Shown: one piece after another, positions 53,889 through 63,653 of the stretch | Numbering within the stretch: position 1 is the first letter of the stretch | Layout of the letters: each line of letters opens with the position of its first letter | Virus record (IMG/VR): IMGVR_UViG_3300020000_000011 | Location: 1-64,000 of that record | From: a virus | DNA length: 64,000 bases | Direction: 5' to 3' (one strand) | Position numbers and translations under genes: made by a program | Notes under the pieces: generated by a model | What the model saw: only the letters and a program-made list of their open reading frames with translations | Told to the model about the DNA's origin: nothing | The model's database searches: none

Positions 53889-55421
53889 ATGACCGAGACA
53901 CAGACTCCCCCGCCCGCCTGCGAGAAGTGCGGCGATACCGGCACCATCCCACCCTTCATGGACGCCTGCACCTGCGGCGCGATGCCCACCAGCTACGCAC
54001 CCGAGTTCCCGGCACCCAGCGTTGTCGAGGCCGGAGCCGCGATGGACGCCTGGGACGCCGAGCACCCCGAGGTCCGCCCCATGATCCCTGGCACGACGAT
54101 CCCGACGCCCGGCTTCCCCGCCCACCCGGCCACCGGCCAGGTTCACCACCACGACAACGGCAGCGCCTACATCTTCACCGGCGCCACCTGGAACGTGATC
54201 CCGTCCGGCTTCCCGCTCGACCCGAAGGTCGGCGAGATCTCGTGGAACATGGGCAAGGCGTACGCCTGGGACGGCTCGACGTGGCGCCAGTTCGACACCG
54301 AGGCCCTGACCTACGAGCAGTTCCACGCCCGCTACGGCCCCGACGCCGTGCTGCCCGAGGCCGAGGTCGAGCGCGAAGCCGACGACGCTGCGCTGTTCGC
54401 CCGCCGTGCTGCCGAGATGGAAGCCGAAGAGAACACGGCGACATGGGGCGACATCGACGGCGGCACCCCCGAGTCCTCGTCGACCTGGTCCGGTGGCGCA
54501 ACGTGGGGTGCGCCCGCAGCCGACGACAAGGTCACCGCTGCCGGACCCGAGATCGAGTGGGCCGACGTCCACGGTGTCGCCGAGGAAACCGACGGCGAGT
54601 ACGTGACGACCACCGCCACCATCGCCGAAACCGTCGCAGCCGTCGTCGCCGCTCACCCACCGACCGGTGTGAAGCTGGCCTCGGCTCCGCAAGGTGCGCT
54701 GCTGGCCCGCCTGATCGCCGAACGCGACCCGGCCAACATCCTCGTCCAAGCCGCCAAGAGCGAATGCACCGGCCCGCCGATGACCGCCAAGCGGGCCTCG
54801 CAACTGATCGACGCCCTCGTCAAGCTGCCCTCCACGAAGCCGCCGGTCCGACCGAACAAGTACCCGGGCGCGTGCGTCAAGTGCAGCGGCGAAGTTGCCG
54901 CCGGGGCCGGACGCATCGAGAAGGACTCCAGCACCGGCCGCTGGAAGACCTACCACCTCACCGGTAGCGACTGCATCACCGACGCCGAGAAGGCCAAGCT
55001 GGAGATCGACCGAGTCGACGAGCCGGGCCTGTACAGCTACATCACCGGCGACATCTACCGAGTTCGTCACGCCCGCGGTTCGAAGCGGCTGTACGGCGAG
55101 AAGGTCGTCACCTACGAACGCCACAACCCCGACGGGACCTCCTACACCGAAGTCCGGTTCGTCTACAACGGCAACGCGATGCGGTTTCTCCGCAAGGTCG
55201 ACAAGCTGACGTGGGCCGAGGCCCGCGACTTCGGCAAGGCGTACGGCGCCTGCGTGGCATGCGGCCGGACCCTCAACGATCCCCGCTCCCTCGTCCAGTC
55301 GTACGGTCCGACGTGCGCCAAGAAATACCACTGGCCGACCGTCACGCTGAAGCAGGCCGAGGCGATCATCGCCGGGACCGTCACCTGGGAAGAGGTCACC
55401 GGGGCGCTGACCGTCCTGTAG
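53889..55421 (+). CDS. multidomain early protein with C-terminal DUF6011-like Zn finger
   Basis: ASAPQ..L...L, ASQLID.L, NKYPGACVKC, YGACVACGRTLNDPRS...YGPTCA. Confidence 0.75.
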   Translation: MTETQTPPPACEKCGDTGTIPPFMDACTCGAMPTSYAPEFPAPSVVEAGAAMDAWDAEHPEVRPMIPGTTIPTPGFPAHPATGQVHHHDNGSAYIFTGATWNVIPSGFPLDPKVGEISWNMGKAYAWDGSTWRQFDTEALTYEQFHARYGPDAVLPEAEVEREADDAALFARRAAEMEAEENTATWGDIDGGTPESSSTWSGGATWGAPAADDKVTAAGPEIEWADVHGVAEETDGEYVTTTATIAETVAAVVAAHPPTGVKLASAPQGALLARLIAERDPANILVQAAKSECTGPPMTAKRASQLIDALVKLPSTKPPVRPNKYPGACVKCSGEVAAGAGRIEKDSSTGRWKTYHLTGSDCITDAEKAKLEIDRVDEPGLYSYITGDIYRVRHARGSKRLYGEKVVTYERHNPDGTSYTEVRFVYNGNAMRFLRKVDKLTWAEARDFGKAYGACVACGRTLNDPRSLVQSYGPTCAKKYHWPTVTLKQAEAIIAGTVTWEEVTGALTVL

Positions 55422-55462
55422 GTCACGGGGCCGGTGGCCTCGGCAACGTAGTGTTGCGGGCT

Positions 55463-55948
55463 GTGAGCAACGTTCCCGCTGTATCGACGGTCTGGGCCGG
55501 GTCCACGGACCCCGCTCCAGCCCCGCAACCGAGCGCGATGGCACGCTCGGTGGCACCACAAGCCCAGCAGACCGTCCAGGTGAGCCTGCAAGCCGCCTCG
55601 CAGACGATCGTGTTCTCTCAGCCCACCGAGGTCGACCTGGTCGTCTACAGGGGCGACACGGGCCGGTTCCGTGTCTCGGTGTCGAACCCCGACGGATCCC
55701 CGCTCGATGTGTCGGCCGCGACGTGGGACTGCGACATCCGCACCAGCGAGGACGCCGAGCCGCCGTTGGCGTCGCTCAACGTCTACCCCGTCGCGGGTGA
55801 AACCGACACCATCGAGGTCCAACTCAACTCGATCACGTCGAGAACGTTGACCGGCGGCGTGTGGGATCTGGAGATGACCCTCGGCGGCGAAGTGCAGACT
55901 CTCCTGAAAGGCAGAGTCATCGTCCAGAAGGACGTGTCGAGGACGTGA
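55463..55948 (+). CDS. BppU-like/minor tail adaptor protein
   Basis: DL..YRGDT..F, WDLEMT..GEV.TLLKG.V.V..DVS. Confidence 0.7.
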   Translation: MSNVPAVSTVWAGSTDPAPAPQPSAMARSVAPQAQQTVQVSLQAASQTIVFSQPTEVDLVVYRGDTGRFRVSVSNPDGSPLDVSAATWDCDIRTSEDAEPPLASLNVYPVAGETDTIEVQLNSITSRTLTGGVWDLEMTLGGEVQTLLKGRVIVQKDVSRT

Positions 55949-57795
55949 GCGACGTCGACCCGTGCATGACCGTTGACATCGGTGTCACCGCCGGGCCGAC
56001 ACCGGAGATCGCTGCTGTTGCGCGCCCCGCTGTCGGCGGGGTCATCGTCTCGACGATCGCCGCGCAACCAGTCGCCGCTGTCGTCGGTGGACGCACCTCG
56101 ACCCTCACCGCCATCCGCCCGGCCGTTCCCCAAGTCGGCGGCACGACCCGCCTCACCGCAGGCGTCACCGCGCCGACACCGTCAGTCGGCCACGTCGGCC
56201 TGATCGGCACCCCCGGCCCGCCAGGACCGCCAGGCCCCGAAGGCCCCGAAGGCCCGGCCGGTCCGCCAGGGTCCGGCGTCGCAATCATCGGCTCGATCGA
56301 AGAAACCGATCCGCCGCCCGTCGACCCGTCGACCGGTGACATGTGGGTCCTCGGTGACCCTGTCCCGTCGTGGGCGCCACCATCGGCGACCGGTCCGGCG
56401 CAACCAGGCGACGGGATCGTGTGGGACGGCGACGAGTGGATCAACACCGGCCAGATCCAAGGCCCGTCAGGTCCGCCAGGCGAGTCGGGGCTGCTCCCGC
56501 AGTTCCACATCGACGGTGCCACAAGCTGGTTCACGGCCACCGAACCGGGGATGTACTCGACCGACAAGATCGTCCAGCCGACGGTCTTCGCTCCGCTGTA
56601 CATCTACCCGAGCTACCTCGGATGGTGGGACCCGTACTACGCGAACCCTCCCGACTGGGGCGTCGTCAACGTCGCCGGTGGGCCGGGGACCGCACCGAAC
56701 TCCGACTACACGTTGGGGATCAACACCTTGCGTGGCCTCGGGTCGAAGCTGCTCGGCTACGTCGACACGAATTACGGGGCCGTGCTGCTGACGACCGTGA
56801 AGGCCGACATCGACCTGTGGTTCTCGCTGTACAACGTCGACGGGATCTTCTTCGACCGGGTACCGACCGGGGCCTCGGCTCCCGAGATCACGTACATGGC
56901 CGACGCCGCGGCCTACGCGAAAGCGAAGCAGGCCGGGTGGAAGGTGGCGTTCAACCACGGCGACTATCCGATCGTCTCCGACTACGCCACGGTCGCCGAC
57001 TTCTCGATCGTCTTCGAGAACACGTACACCGTGTACACGACGTTCGCTATACCAAGCTATGCGACATACGTGCCGGGGTTCCCGGCGTCGCAGTGGGTGC
57101 ATCTCGTGCACGCCTGCCCCGACGAAACGAGCATGCGCGACGCCGCCGCTCGATGCACCGCCTTCGACGTCGCCAACTTCTACGCGACCGCCGACGCCAA
57201 CTTCGCCGAGATCCCGCCGTACTACTCGGCAGAGTTCGATCTCGCGACGGGGCAACAGGCGGCGCCGGATGCGCGCTGGTCGTCCGGCACGCTGACCGTG
57301 TTCCAAGGTCTGAGCGACGACCTGATGCAGATGTGGATGGGTGACAACACGAACACCTGGTTCCGTGTCTACACCGCAGAGTTCAACGCGTGGTCGGCAT
57401 GGACGACATCGGTGCGCCTCCCCTCCGAGGCCGGGCAGACGTTGGTGTCCGTCGACGACGGCTTCGGAGGGTTCACGTTCTACCCGGGGCCGTACGTGTC
57501 CGGCGACGACGCGAACGAGGTGTTCATCGGACCCGACGACCCGGGCACCGACGTCGGATTCGAACTGTGGTACGACGTCGACGACGAGGGCACCGGCGCC
57601 GGACTCAGCTACGTCCACCACCAGACCCTGTTGACGACCGTGTGGACGATCGTTCACAACCTCGGCTGGTTCCCGAACGTGCTCGTGATCGACAGTGCCG
57701 GGGCCAACGTCGAAGGCGACATCACCCAGGTCGACCACAACTCGATGCGGATCCAGTTCAGCGCCTCTTTCACCGGGACCGCCTACCTCTCGTAA
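55945..57795 (+). CDS. tail fibre with collagen repeats and spherulin-4 (GH135)-like domain
   Basis: GPP repeats; APLYIYP, VVNVAGGPG, LGYVDTNYG, VDGIFFD, NHG, IVFEN; C-terminal W.I.HNLG..P.V.V.D. Confidence 0.8.
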   Translation: MSDVDPCMTVDIGVTAGPTPEIAAVARPAVGGVIVSTIAAQPVAAVVGGRTSTLTAIRPAVPQVGGTTRLTAGVTAPTPSVGHVGLIGTPGPPGPPGPEGPEGPAGPPGSGVAIIGSIEETDPPPVDPSTGDMWVLGDPVPSWAPPSATGPAQPGDGIVWDGDEWINTGQIQGPSGPPGESGLLPQFHIDGATSWFTATEPGMYSTDKIVQPTVFAPLYIYPSYLGWWDPYYANPPDWGVVNVAGGPGTAPNSDYTLGINTLRGLGSKLLGYVDTNYGAVLLTTVKADIDLWFSLYNVDGIFFDRVPTGASAPEITYMADAAAYAKAKQAGWKVAFNHGDYPIVSDYATVADFSIVFENTYTVYTTFAIPSYATYVPGFPASQWVHLVHACPDETSMRDAAARCTAFDVANFYATADANFAEIPPYYSAEFDLATGQQAAPDARWSSGTLTVFQGLSDDLMQMWMGDNTNTWFRVYTAEFNAWSAWTTSVRLPSEAGQTLVSVDDGFGGFTFYPGPYVSGDDANEVFIGPDDPGTDVGFELWYDVDDEGTGAGLSYVHHQTLLTTVWTIVHNLGWFPNVLVIDSAGANVEGDITQVDHNSMRIQFSASFTGTAYLS

Positions 57796-57807
57796 AGGGG
57801 CACAGCA

Positions 57808-59625
57808 ATGGCACGCAACTTCCTCACCGCGATCAACCTCAACAAGAACGAGTTGCAGAACGCCGCGGTCCAGAACCTTGGTACGGCACCGCTGACGCCG
57901 GTCAAGGGCCAGTTGTACTTCAACTCGACCGGTGGTGATAACACCCTATACTGGTGGGACGGTACGTCGTGGATCCCGGCCAAAGCGACGTCGACGATCG
58001 CAATGGGACCAGTCGCAGCGGAGCAGACCTTCGGCAGCGCCTCGGCTGACGGTGTCGCTTCGACGGCGTCACGGTCCGATCACAAGCACGGCAACCCGGC
58101 ACACGACAACGCAGCCCACTCGGCGATCCCGCTGTACGCGTTGCAGAACCCGTTCGGCCCGTCGACGTCCGAGAAGGTGTTCGGCGCCGACGCCGCGAAC
58201 GGTGTGTCGAACTCGGCGGCACGAGCCGATCATACCCACGGCAACCCGTACCACGACGGCCCCGCGCACGCCTCCGTCTCGCTCTCGGCGCTCGCCGCGC
58301 CGACCGCCGATCTCAGCATGGCCGGGTTCAAGATCACCAGCCTCGGCACACCGACCGCAGGGACCGACGCAGCCAACAAGGCGTACGTCGACAACCTCGC
58401 CGCGGGTCTGATCTGGAAAGCGCCGGTGCGGTTGGCGAGTGCCCCTGCGACCAACTACGGGACACTGGCGGGGCTGATCGCAGTCGATGGCGTGACTCCG
58501 GTTGCTGGTGACCGCATCCTGCTGAAGAGCCAATCGACGCCAGCGAACAACGGCATCTACATCGCAGCCGTCGGTGCATGGACTCGGGCGACTGACGCCG
58601 ACACCAGCGCCGAGTTGGTCGACGCCGCAGTGTTCGTCTCCGAAGGCACCGTCAACGCCGACACCGCATGGGTGCAGACAGCCAACGCACCGATCACCAT
58701 CGGCACGACAACGATCACTTGGGTCCAGTTCGTTGGCGGCGGCGCGGTCACCGCCGGTGCCGGTATGACCCAAGTGGGCAACCAACTCGACGTTGTTGCC
58801 GCCAACGGCTCGATCGTCGTCGGCCCCGACGACATCCAAGTCGGCTACCCCGGCACTGGTGGCGCCAACGGTTCGGCAGTCACCGCGGCGCGCTCCGACC
58901 ACAACCACGACGCCACCTACGTCAACGTCACCGGCGACACGATGTCCGACACGCTGAACATCACCAAGAACCTCGGCATCGGCCTCGCCGCCAACGCTTC
59001 GGCAGTTCAGGCAGCGACCTTCGTCGCCCTCAACGGAGGGCTGGACGGCAACAGCGTCAACCTTCACGGTTCCGGCGCGGCGTTGACGGTCGGCGGCTCG
59101 TTCTCGTCGGTGGACTTCTCCAACCTCGCCGACCAGGTGACGCTCCCGGCGTTCACCCCGGTCCAAAACAACCACGCGGCAACGAAGGCGTACGTCGATT
59201 CTCGCGACGGGGTGATCTCGACCGACGGCGACAAGGGCGACATCACCGTTGGCGGCACCGGCACCACGATGTCGATCGACGCTGCTGCGGTGACCAACGC
59301 CAAGTTGGCGAACATGGCTTCGCTGACGGTCAAGGGCAACAACGTTTCGGCGGGTCCTCCCCTTGATCTGTCGATGGCCCAACTCTCCAACATGCTCGCC
59401 GCGACGTTGGTCAAGAAGTACATCACCCAAGCCGGTGGGTCGACCACTCATGTCATCAACCACAACATGGGCGACAAGGCCGTGATGGTGCAGGTGTACT
59501 CCAACGTCGCACCGTACGACGAGATCGAATGCGACGTCGAACACACCGACATCAACAACGTCACGTTGCGCTTCGCTCCAGTGGCCCCGGCAGCCAACTC
59601 CCTCACGGTGATCGTCCACTACTGA
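57808..59625 (+). CDS. tail fibre protein
   Basis: [11 protein letters not shown], ARxDHxH repeats, [17 protein letters not shown]....NGIY...[14 protein letters not shown]. Confidence 0.85.
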   Translation: MARNFLTAINLNKNELQNAAVQNLGTAPLTPVKGQLYFNSTGGDNTLYWWDGTSWIPAKATSTIAMGPVAAEQTFGSASADGVASTASRSDHKHGNPAHDNAAHSAIPLYALQNPFGPSTSEKVFGADAANGVSNSAARADHTHGNPYHDGPAHASVSLSALAAPTADLSMAGFKITSLGTPTAGTDAANKAYVDNLAAGLIWKAPVRLASAPATNYGTLAGLIAVDGVTPVAGDRILLKSQSTPANNGIYIAAVGAWTRATDADTSAELVDAAVFVSEGTVNADTAWVQTANAPITIGTTTITWVQFVGGGAVTAGAGMTQVGNQLDVVAANGSIVVGPDDIQVGYPGTGGANGSAVTAARSDHNHDATYVNVTGDTMSDTLNITKNLGIGLAANASAVQAATFVALNGGLDGNSVNLHGSGAALTVGGSFSSVDFSNLADQVTLPAFTPVQNNHAATKAYVDSRDGVISTDGDKGDITVGGTGTTMSIDAAAVTNAKLANMASLTVKGNNVSAGPPLDLSMAQLSNMLAATLVKKYITQAGGSTTHVINHNMGDKAVMVQVYSNVAPYDEIECDVEHTDINNVTLRFAPVAPAANSLTVIVHY

Positions 59626-60437
59626 TGGCCAAACAGTTCCTCGTCCCGATCGTCCTTCCCGCGGACCCGACGGCGCCGTTGGAGGCTGCCACGAAGCAGT
59701 ACGTCGACGCGCTCGCTGGTGGCGCATCGAGCGACGAGGTGTTCATCGGTCCGGCCGATCCGCGGCCGGGGATCCCGAACATCGAGTTGTGGTACGACAC
59801 TGACGCGCCGACGACGCCGACGACTCCGAACCCGTTGGATGAGGTGTTCATCGGACCGACGGATCCGCACACGCTGTATCCGTCGGTCGAACTCTGGTAC
59901 GACGAATCCGACAACTCCAGCGGTGTCGTGTCGACCCCGTACGCCGGGACACCGGCACCGATCGCCGCGACCGGTTCGCCGGGTGTGTCGCCGTTGTGGG
60001 CGCGTGGCGATCACATCCACGCCCGGAACTCGGAGATCTTCCACACCGAGTTCACCGCTGACGTCACGATCACCGCGCTGGCGGTCGGATCCGCCCAGAC
60101 GGTCGTCAACCCTGGCACCTTCAGCTACGACGGGTCGCCGATCATGTTGGAGTTCTTCGCCCAGTTGCTCCCCCCGACCGGTGCCAACCTCCAGATCTTG
60201 CTCAACCTGTTCGACGGCGCCACCGATCTCGGCTACTGGATGCAGTGCATGAACGTCGCTGCGGCTTCGATGGTCGTCCCTGTCCATGCGATGCGTCGGC
60301 TCACCCCGAGCGTCGGTTCACACAACTACCACGTGCGTTCCTTCGTCAGCGCCAGTGGCACTGGCACCGTTCGCGGCGGTCTTGGCAACGCGGCTGCCGC
60401 GTTCGCGCCGGGGTTCATGAGAGCGACGAGGGTCTGA
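59625..60437 (+). CDS. tail fibre/RBP with two ELWYD adaptor repeats
   Basis: EAATKQYVD; EVFIGP.DP..ELWYD twice. Confidence 0.75.
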   Translation: MAKQFLVPIVLPADPTAPLEAATKQYVDALAGGASSDEVFIGPADPRPGIPNIELWYDTDAPTTPTTPNPLDEVFIGPTDPHTLYPSVELWYDESDNSSGVVSTPYAGTPAPIAATGSPGVSPLWARGDHIHARNSEIFHTEFTADVTITALAVGSAQTVVNPGTFSYDGSPIMLEFFAQLLPPTGANLQILLNLFDGATDLGYWMQCMNVAAASMVVPVHAMRRLTPSVGSHNYHVRSFVSASGTGTVRGGLGNAAAAFAPGFMRATRV

Positions 60438-61774
60438 TGGGGACACTCAAAGCGTGGGTCGGCGGCGCCTGGGTGCCGATCGGGGGCGGCTCCGGCAGCG
60501 GTGGTGGCGCGGAAGAAGTGTGGGTCGGTCCGGCCGATCCGGGTACCGTTGGCCCGTTCGAATTGTGGTACGACACCGACGCCTCCGCGCTCCCACCAGC
60601 GGGTACCGGGTTGCCTCCTGGTGGTGCGGCCGGGACGGTGCTTCGGAAGAAATCGGCGACGGACTTCAACACTGAATGGTTCGCCCCCCCGCTCGCCGGT
60701 CGCAACCTGCTCGACAACGGGCAGATGGCCGTCAACCAGCGACAGAACGCCAACGGTGTCATCTCGCGTATCAGTGACCGCTGGTCGATCCCTAACAACG
60801 GGGTCGGCGTGACCACCCTCAACTACGGCACGCTCGCCAACTTCGGTGGGTTCTCGTCCGTCGCCTCGCGCCCTCGGCCAGCGAACGTCCAGTTCGTGCA
60901 GATCTCCACCGCCGAAGCGGCGGGTTCGCTCGCCGCTGCCGACTACTGCCAATGGATCCAGACCGTCGAAGGGTTGAACCTCCAGCACCTCAACTGGGGC
61001 AGTGCCGACGCGCAGCCGGTGACGTACAGCTTCGATATTTACTCGACGATCGCCAGCACGTACGTCGTCGAGTTGTACCGCGCCGAAACCACGGCACGAG
61101 TGATCTCGGCGCTGCTGCCCGTCCCGGCCGGGTGGTCGACACAGTCGGTGACCTTCCCCGGTGACACGGCCGCTGGGATCACCAACGACAACCTGGGCCG
61201 GTTGCAGGTCACCGTGTGGTTGGCAGCGGGATCGAACTACACGTCCGGCACGTTGCAGACGGCGTGGGGCAACGTCGTCCAGACCAACCGTGCCGTGGGC
61301 CTGTCGAACGCCATCCAGGCGACGGTCAACCAGGTCTTCGCTCTGACGAACTGCCAGTTCGAAGTCGGGTCGGCACCGACGCCGTACGAGGTGCTCCGCT
61401 ACGACGTCGATCTGGCTCGCTGCCAGCGGTACGCGTTCTACCCGGGCAAGGACATCCCGACTGCCAACTATGTGGTGCTGGGTGGTGGCATGGCGACGGC
61501 GACAACGTCGGTGGCGTCACTGTTCTGGCTGCCGGTGGCGATGCGAACGGCGCCCACCTGGGACCTGAACGGCACCGCAGCAACGATCTACGGGTTGCAC
61601 GATCGCATCGGCACCGCCGGGGCGGTGTCGGCCATCGCACAGGACGTGGTGTCAACGCCGACGGTCGCCGCGCTCCAGTCGACGTGCAACGCCGTGCTCA
61701 CTGTCGGTCGCTACTACCAGATGCTCAGGAACTCGGGCCAGGCCGGTTGCGGTGGATGGACGGCGGACATCTGA
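60437..61774 (+). CDS. receptor-binding protein paralogue 1
   Basis: MGTLKAWVGGAWV, ELWYDTDA, GRNLLDNGQMAV.QR..DRW, QFEVG..PTPYE...DLARCQRY, PVAMRTAP. Confidence 0.8.
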   Translation: MGTLKAWVGGAWVPIGGGSGSGGGAEEVWVGPADPGTVGPFELWYDTDASALPPAGTGLPPGGAAGTVLRKKSATDFNTEWFAPPLAGRNLLDNGQMAVNQRQNANGVISRISDRWSIPNNGVGVTTLNYGTLANFGGFSSVASRPRPANVQFVQISTAEAAGSLAAADYCQWIQTVEGLNLQHLNWGSADAQPVTYSFDIYSTIASTYVVELYRAETTARVISALLPVPAGWSTQSVTFPGDTAAGITNDNLGRLQVTVWLAAGSNYTSGTLQTAWGNVVQTNRAVGLSNAIQATVNQVFALTNCQFEVGSAPTPYEVLRYDVDLARCQRYAFYPGKDIPTANYVVLGGGMATATTSVASLFWLPVAMRTAPTWDLNGTAATIYGLHDRIGTAGAVSAIAQDVVSTPTVAALQSTCNAVLTVGRYYQMLRNSGQAGCGGWTADI

Positions 61775-62967
61775 TGGGCGTCCTACGTGTTCTCGTCAAC
61801 GGTGTGTGGGTCGACATCGGTGGCGCGTCCGACGAAGTCGTCGTCGGACCGGACGACCCGATCCTTCTCACCCCGACCGCCGAATTGTGGTACGACACCG
61901 ACGCCACCAGCGTCGCTTCGGCACCGCTGTACTCCGGTCGGAACCTTGTCGACAACGGGCAGATGGCCGTGAGGCAACGCCTGGCGACGTCGGTGGCGAT
62001 GGGCGCCGCCACGGTGCTCGCCGACCGCTGGTACGTGATGAATAACGGCCTCGGCGCGTCCACTCTGACCCACGGCACGTTGGCCGGGTTCGGTCAGTTT
62101 CCGCCCGCCGGTCGACCACGGCCGGGCAACATGCAGTACATCCAGATGACCACCGCCGAGGCTGCCGGTGCGCTCGCCGCGGGCGATCAACTGCTGTTCC
62201 AACACGCCATCGAAGGGCTGTACCTCCAGCACTTGAACTGGGGCACGGCTGATGCCAAGCCGTTGACGATCAGCTTCGATATCTACTCGTCGATCGCCAC
62301 GACCTACGCGGTCGAGTTGATTCGCACCGAGCCAGCGGCGCGTTCGAACTGTCGACTGCTGCCGGTCCCTGCCGGGTTCTCCACCCAGACCTTCACCATC
62401 TCGGGTGACGCCGCCGGGACGGCGGTCACCAACGACAACGCGGCCCGGTTGTACTTCATCGTCTGGATCGGGGCCGGGTCGACCGCAACGTCGGGCGTGA
62501 TGCAGAGCGGATGGGCACCGGCCGTGTCGGCGAACCGTGCTGTCGGGATCTCCAACGCCTTCGCGGCGACGGTCGGCAACGTCGTGGGGATCACCAACGT
62601 GCAGATCGAGGCCGGGTCGCAAGCCACGCCGTACGAGGTGCGCGGCTACGACCAAGAATTGATGAAGTGCATGCGCTACTTCCGTCAGACCGAGAGGTCA
62701 TCCAACCTCCACGGTGAAGGCGGCTGGTACGGCTACAGCCCATCAGCGATGACCTTCATGCACAACATCCCCTTCCCAGTGCCAATGCGAACTACACCGT
62801 CAAGAACCTTCCGGGGTACCTTCGCCAACAACGGGCAGGTCGCCTCGCATGATGTCCTCGTCAACTCGACGTCGTACACGATCTCGATCGCAACGGTCGC
62901 TGCGGCGGGCAACTGGGCGATCTACAGCAACAACAACGGCTACCTAGAGTTCTCGGCGGAAATCTGA
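61774..62967 (+). CDS. receptor-binding protein paralogue 2
   Basis: same architecture; ELMKCMRY, FPVPMRTTP, FSAEI. Confidence 0.8.
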   Translation: MGVLRVLVNGVWVDIGGASDEVVVGPDDPILLTPTAELWYDTDATSVASAPLYSGRNLVDNGQMAVRQRLATSVAMGAATVLADRWYVMNNGLGASTLTHGTLAGFGQFPPAGRPRPGNMQYIQMTTAEAAGALAAGDQLLFQHAIEGLYLQHLNWGTADAKPLTISFDIYSSIATTYAVELIRTEPAARSNCRLLPVPAGFSTQTFTISGDAAGTAVTNDNAARLYFIVWIGAGSTATSGVMQSGWAPAVSANRAVGISNAFAATVGNVVGITNVQIEAGSQATPYEVRGYDQELMKCMRYFRQTERSSNLHGEGGWYGYSPSAMTFMHNIPFPVPMRTTPSRTFRGTFANNGQVASHDVLVNSTSYTISIATVAAAGNWAIYSNNNGYLEFSAEI

Positions 62968-63653
62968 TGGGCGTCCTCCGTGTTCGTGCCGGTGGCACTT
63001 GGGTCGACGTCGGTGGTGGCAGCGACCCGATCTGGGTCGACCCTTCGGCACCGACCGATCCGAGCTACGAGTTGTGGTACGACACCGACGCCAACGCGTC
63101 GCTCGCCACGAGTGGCGGGTTGGATGGGTCGAAACCGGCAGCGGCTCCGGCGCTCGCCGGGATGCACTACTTCGCGACCGACACGGGTCGCGACTGGTTG
63201 TGTGACGGGACCGGATGGATTGTCATGTCCGAACCCGACCAGCCGTGGGTGGTGACAACGACGAACGTGTCGTTCGGTGGTGGCGGCGGGTCGGTGAACT
63301 CGACGTTCCATCGCAGCGACGGCTACTGCGACGCGCTGCTCATCATGGGCCTCGGCTCGTCGACGTCGGGGAGCATCGGTACCGGCCCGACGTTCACGCT
63401 GCCGCGAGCGTCGCACGCCAACGAGGTGCTGAACGTGATCGGCCAGTTCTCGTTCTACGACGCGACCGGCCCGGTGTTCTCGCTCGACCCGTTGTTGGTC
63501 ACTCCCACCTACTTCGAACCACGGTTCCTTGCCACGGTGGGCAGCGGTGCACCGGCGCTCGGGCAGATCGGGGCGACGTACCCGGCAGCGATCGGTGTCA
63601 ACGACTCGTTCTTCGCCAGGCTCCGCTACCGCATGGCAACGAGGTACCTCTGA
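62967..63653 (+). CDS. receptor-binding/minor tail protein with shared N-terminal adaptor
   Basis: MGVLRVRAGGTWVDVG, ELWYDTDA, different C-terminus. Confidence 0.75.
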   Translation: MGVLRVRAGGTWVDVGGGSDPIWVDPSAPTDPSYELWYDTDANASLATSGGLDGSKPAAAPALAGMHYFATDTGRDWLCDGTGWIVMSEPDQPWVVTTTNVSFGGGGGSVNSTFHRSDGYCDALLIMGLGSSTSGSIGTGPTFTLPRASHANEVLNVIGQFSFYDATGPVFSLDPLLVTPTYFEPRFLATVGSGAPALGQIGATYPAAIGVNDSFFARLRYRMATRYL

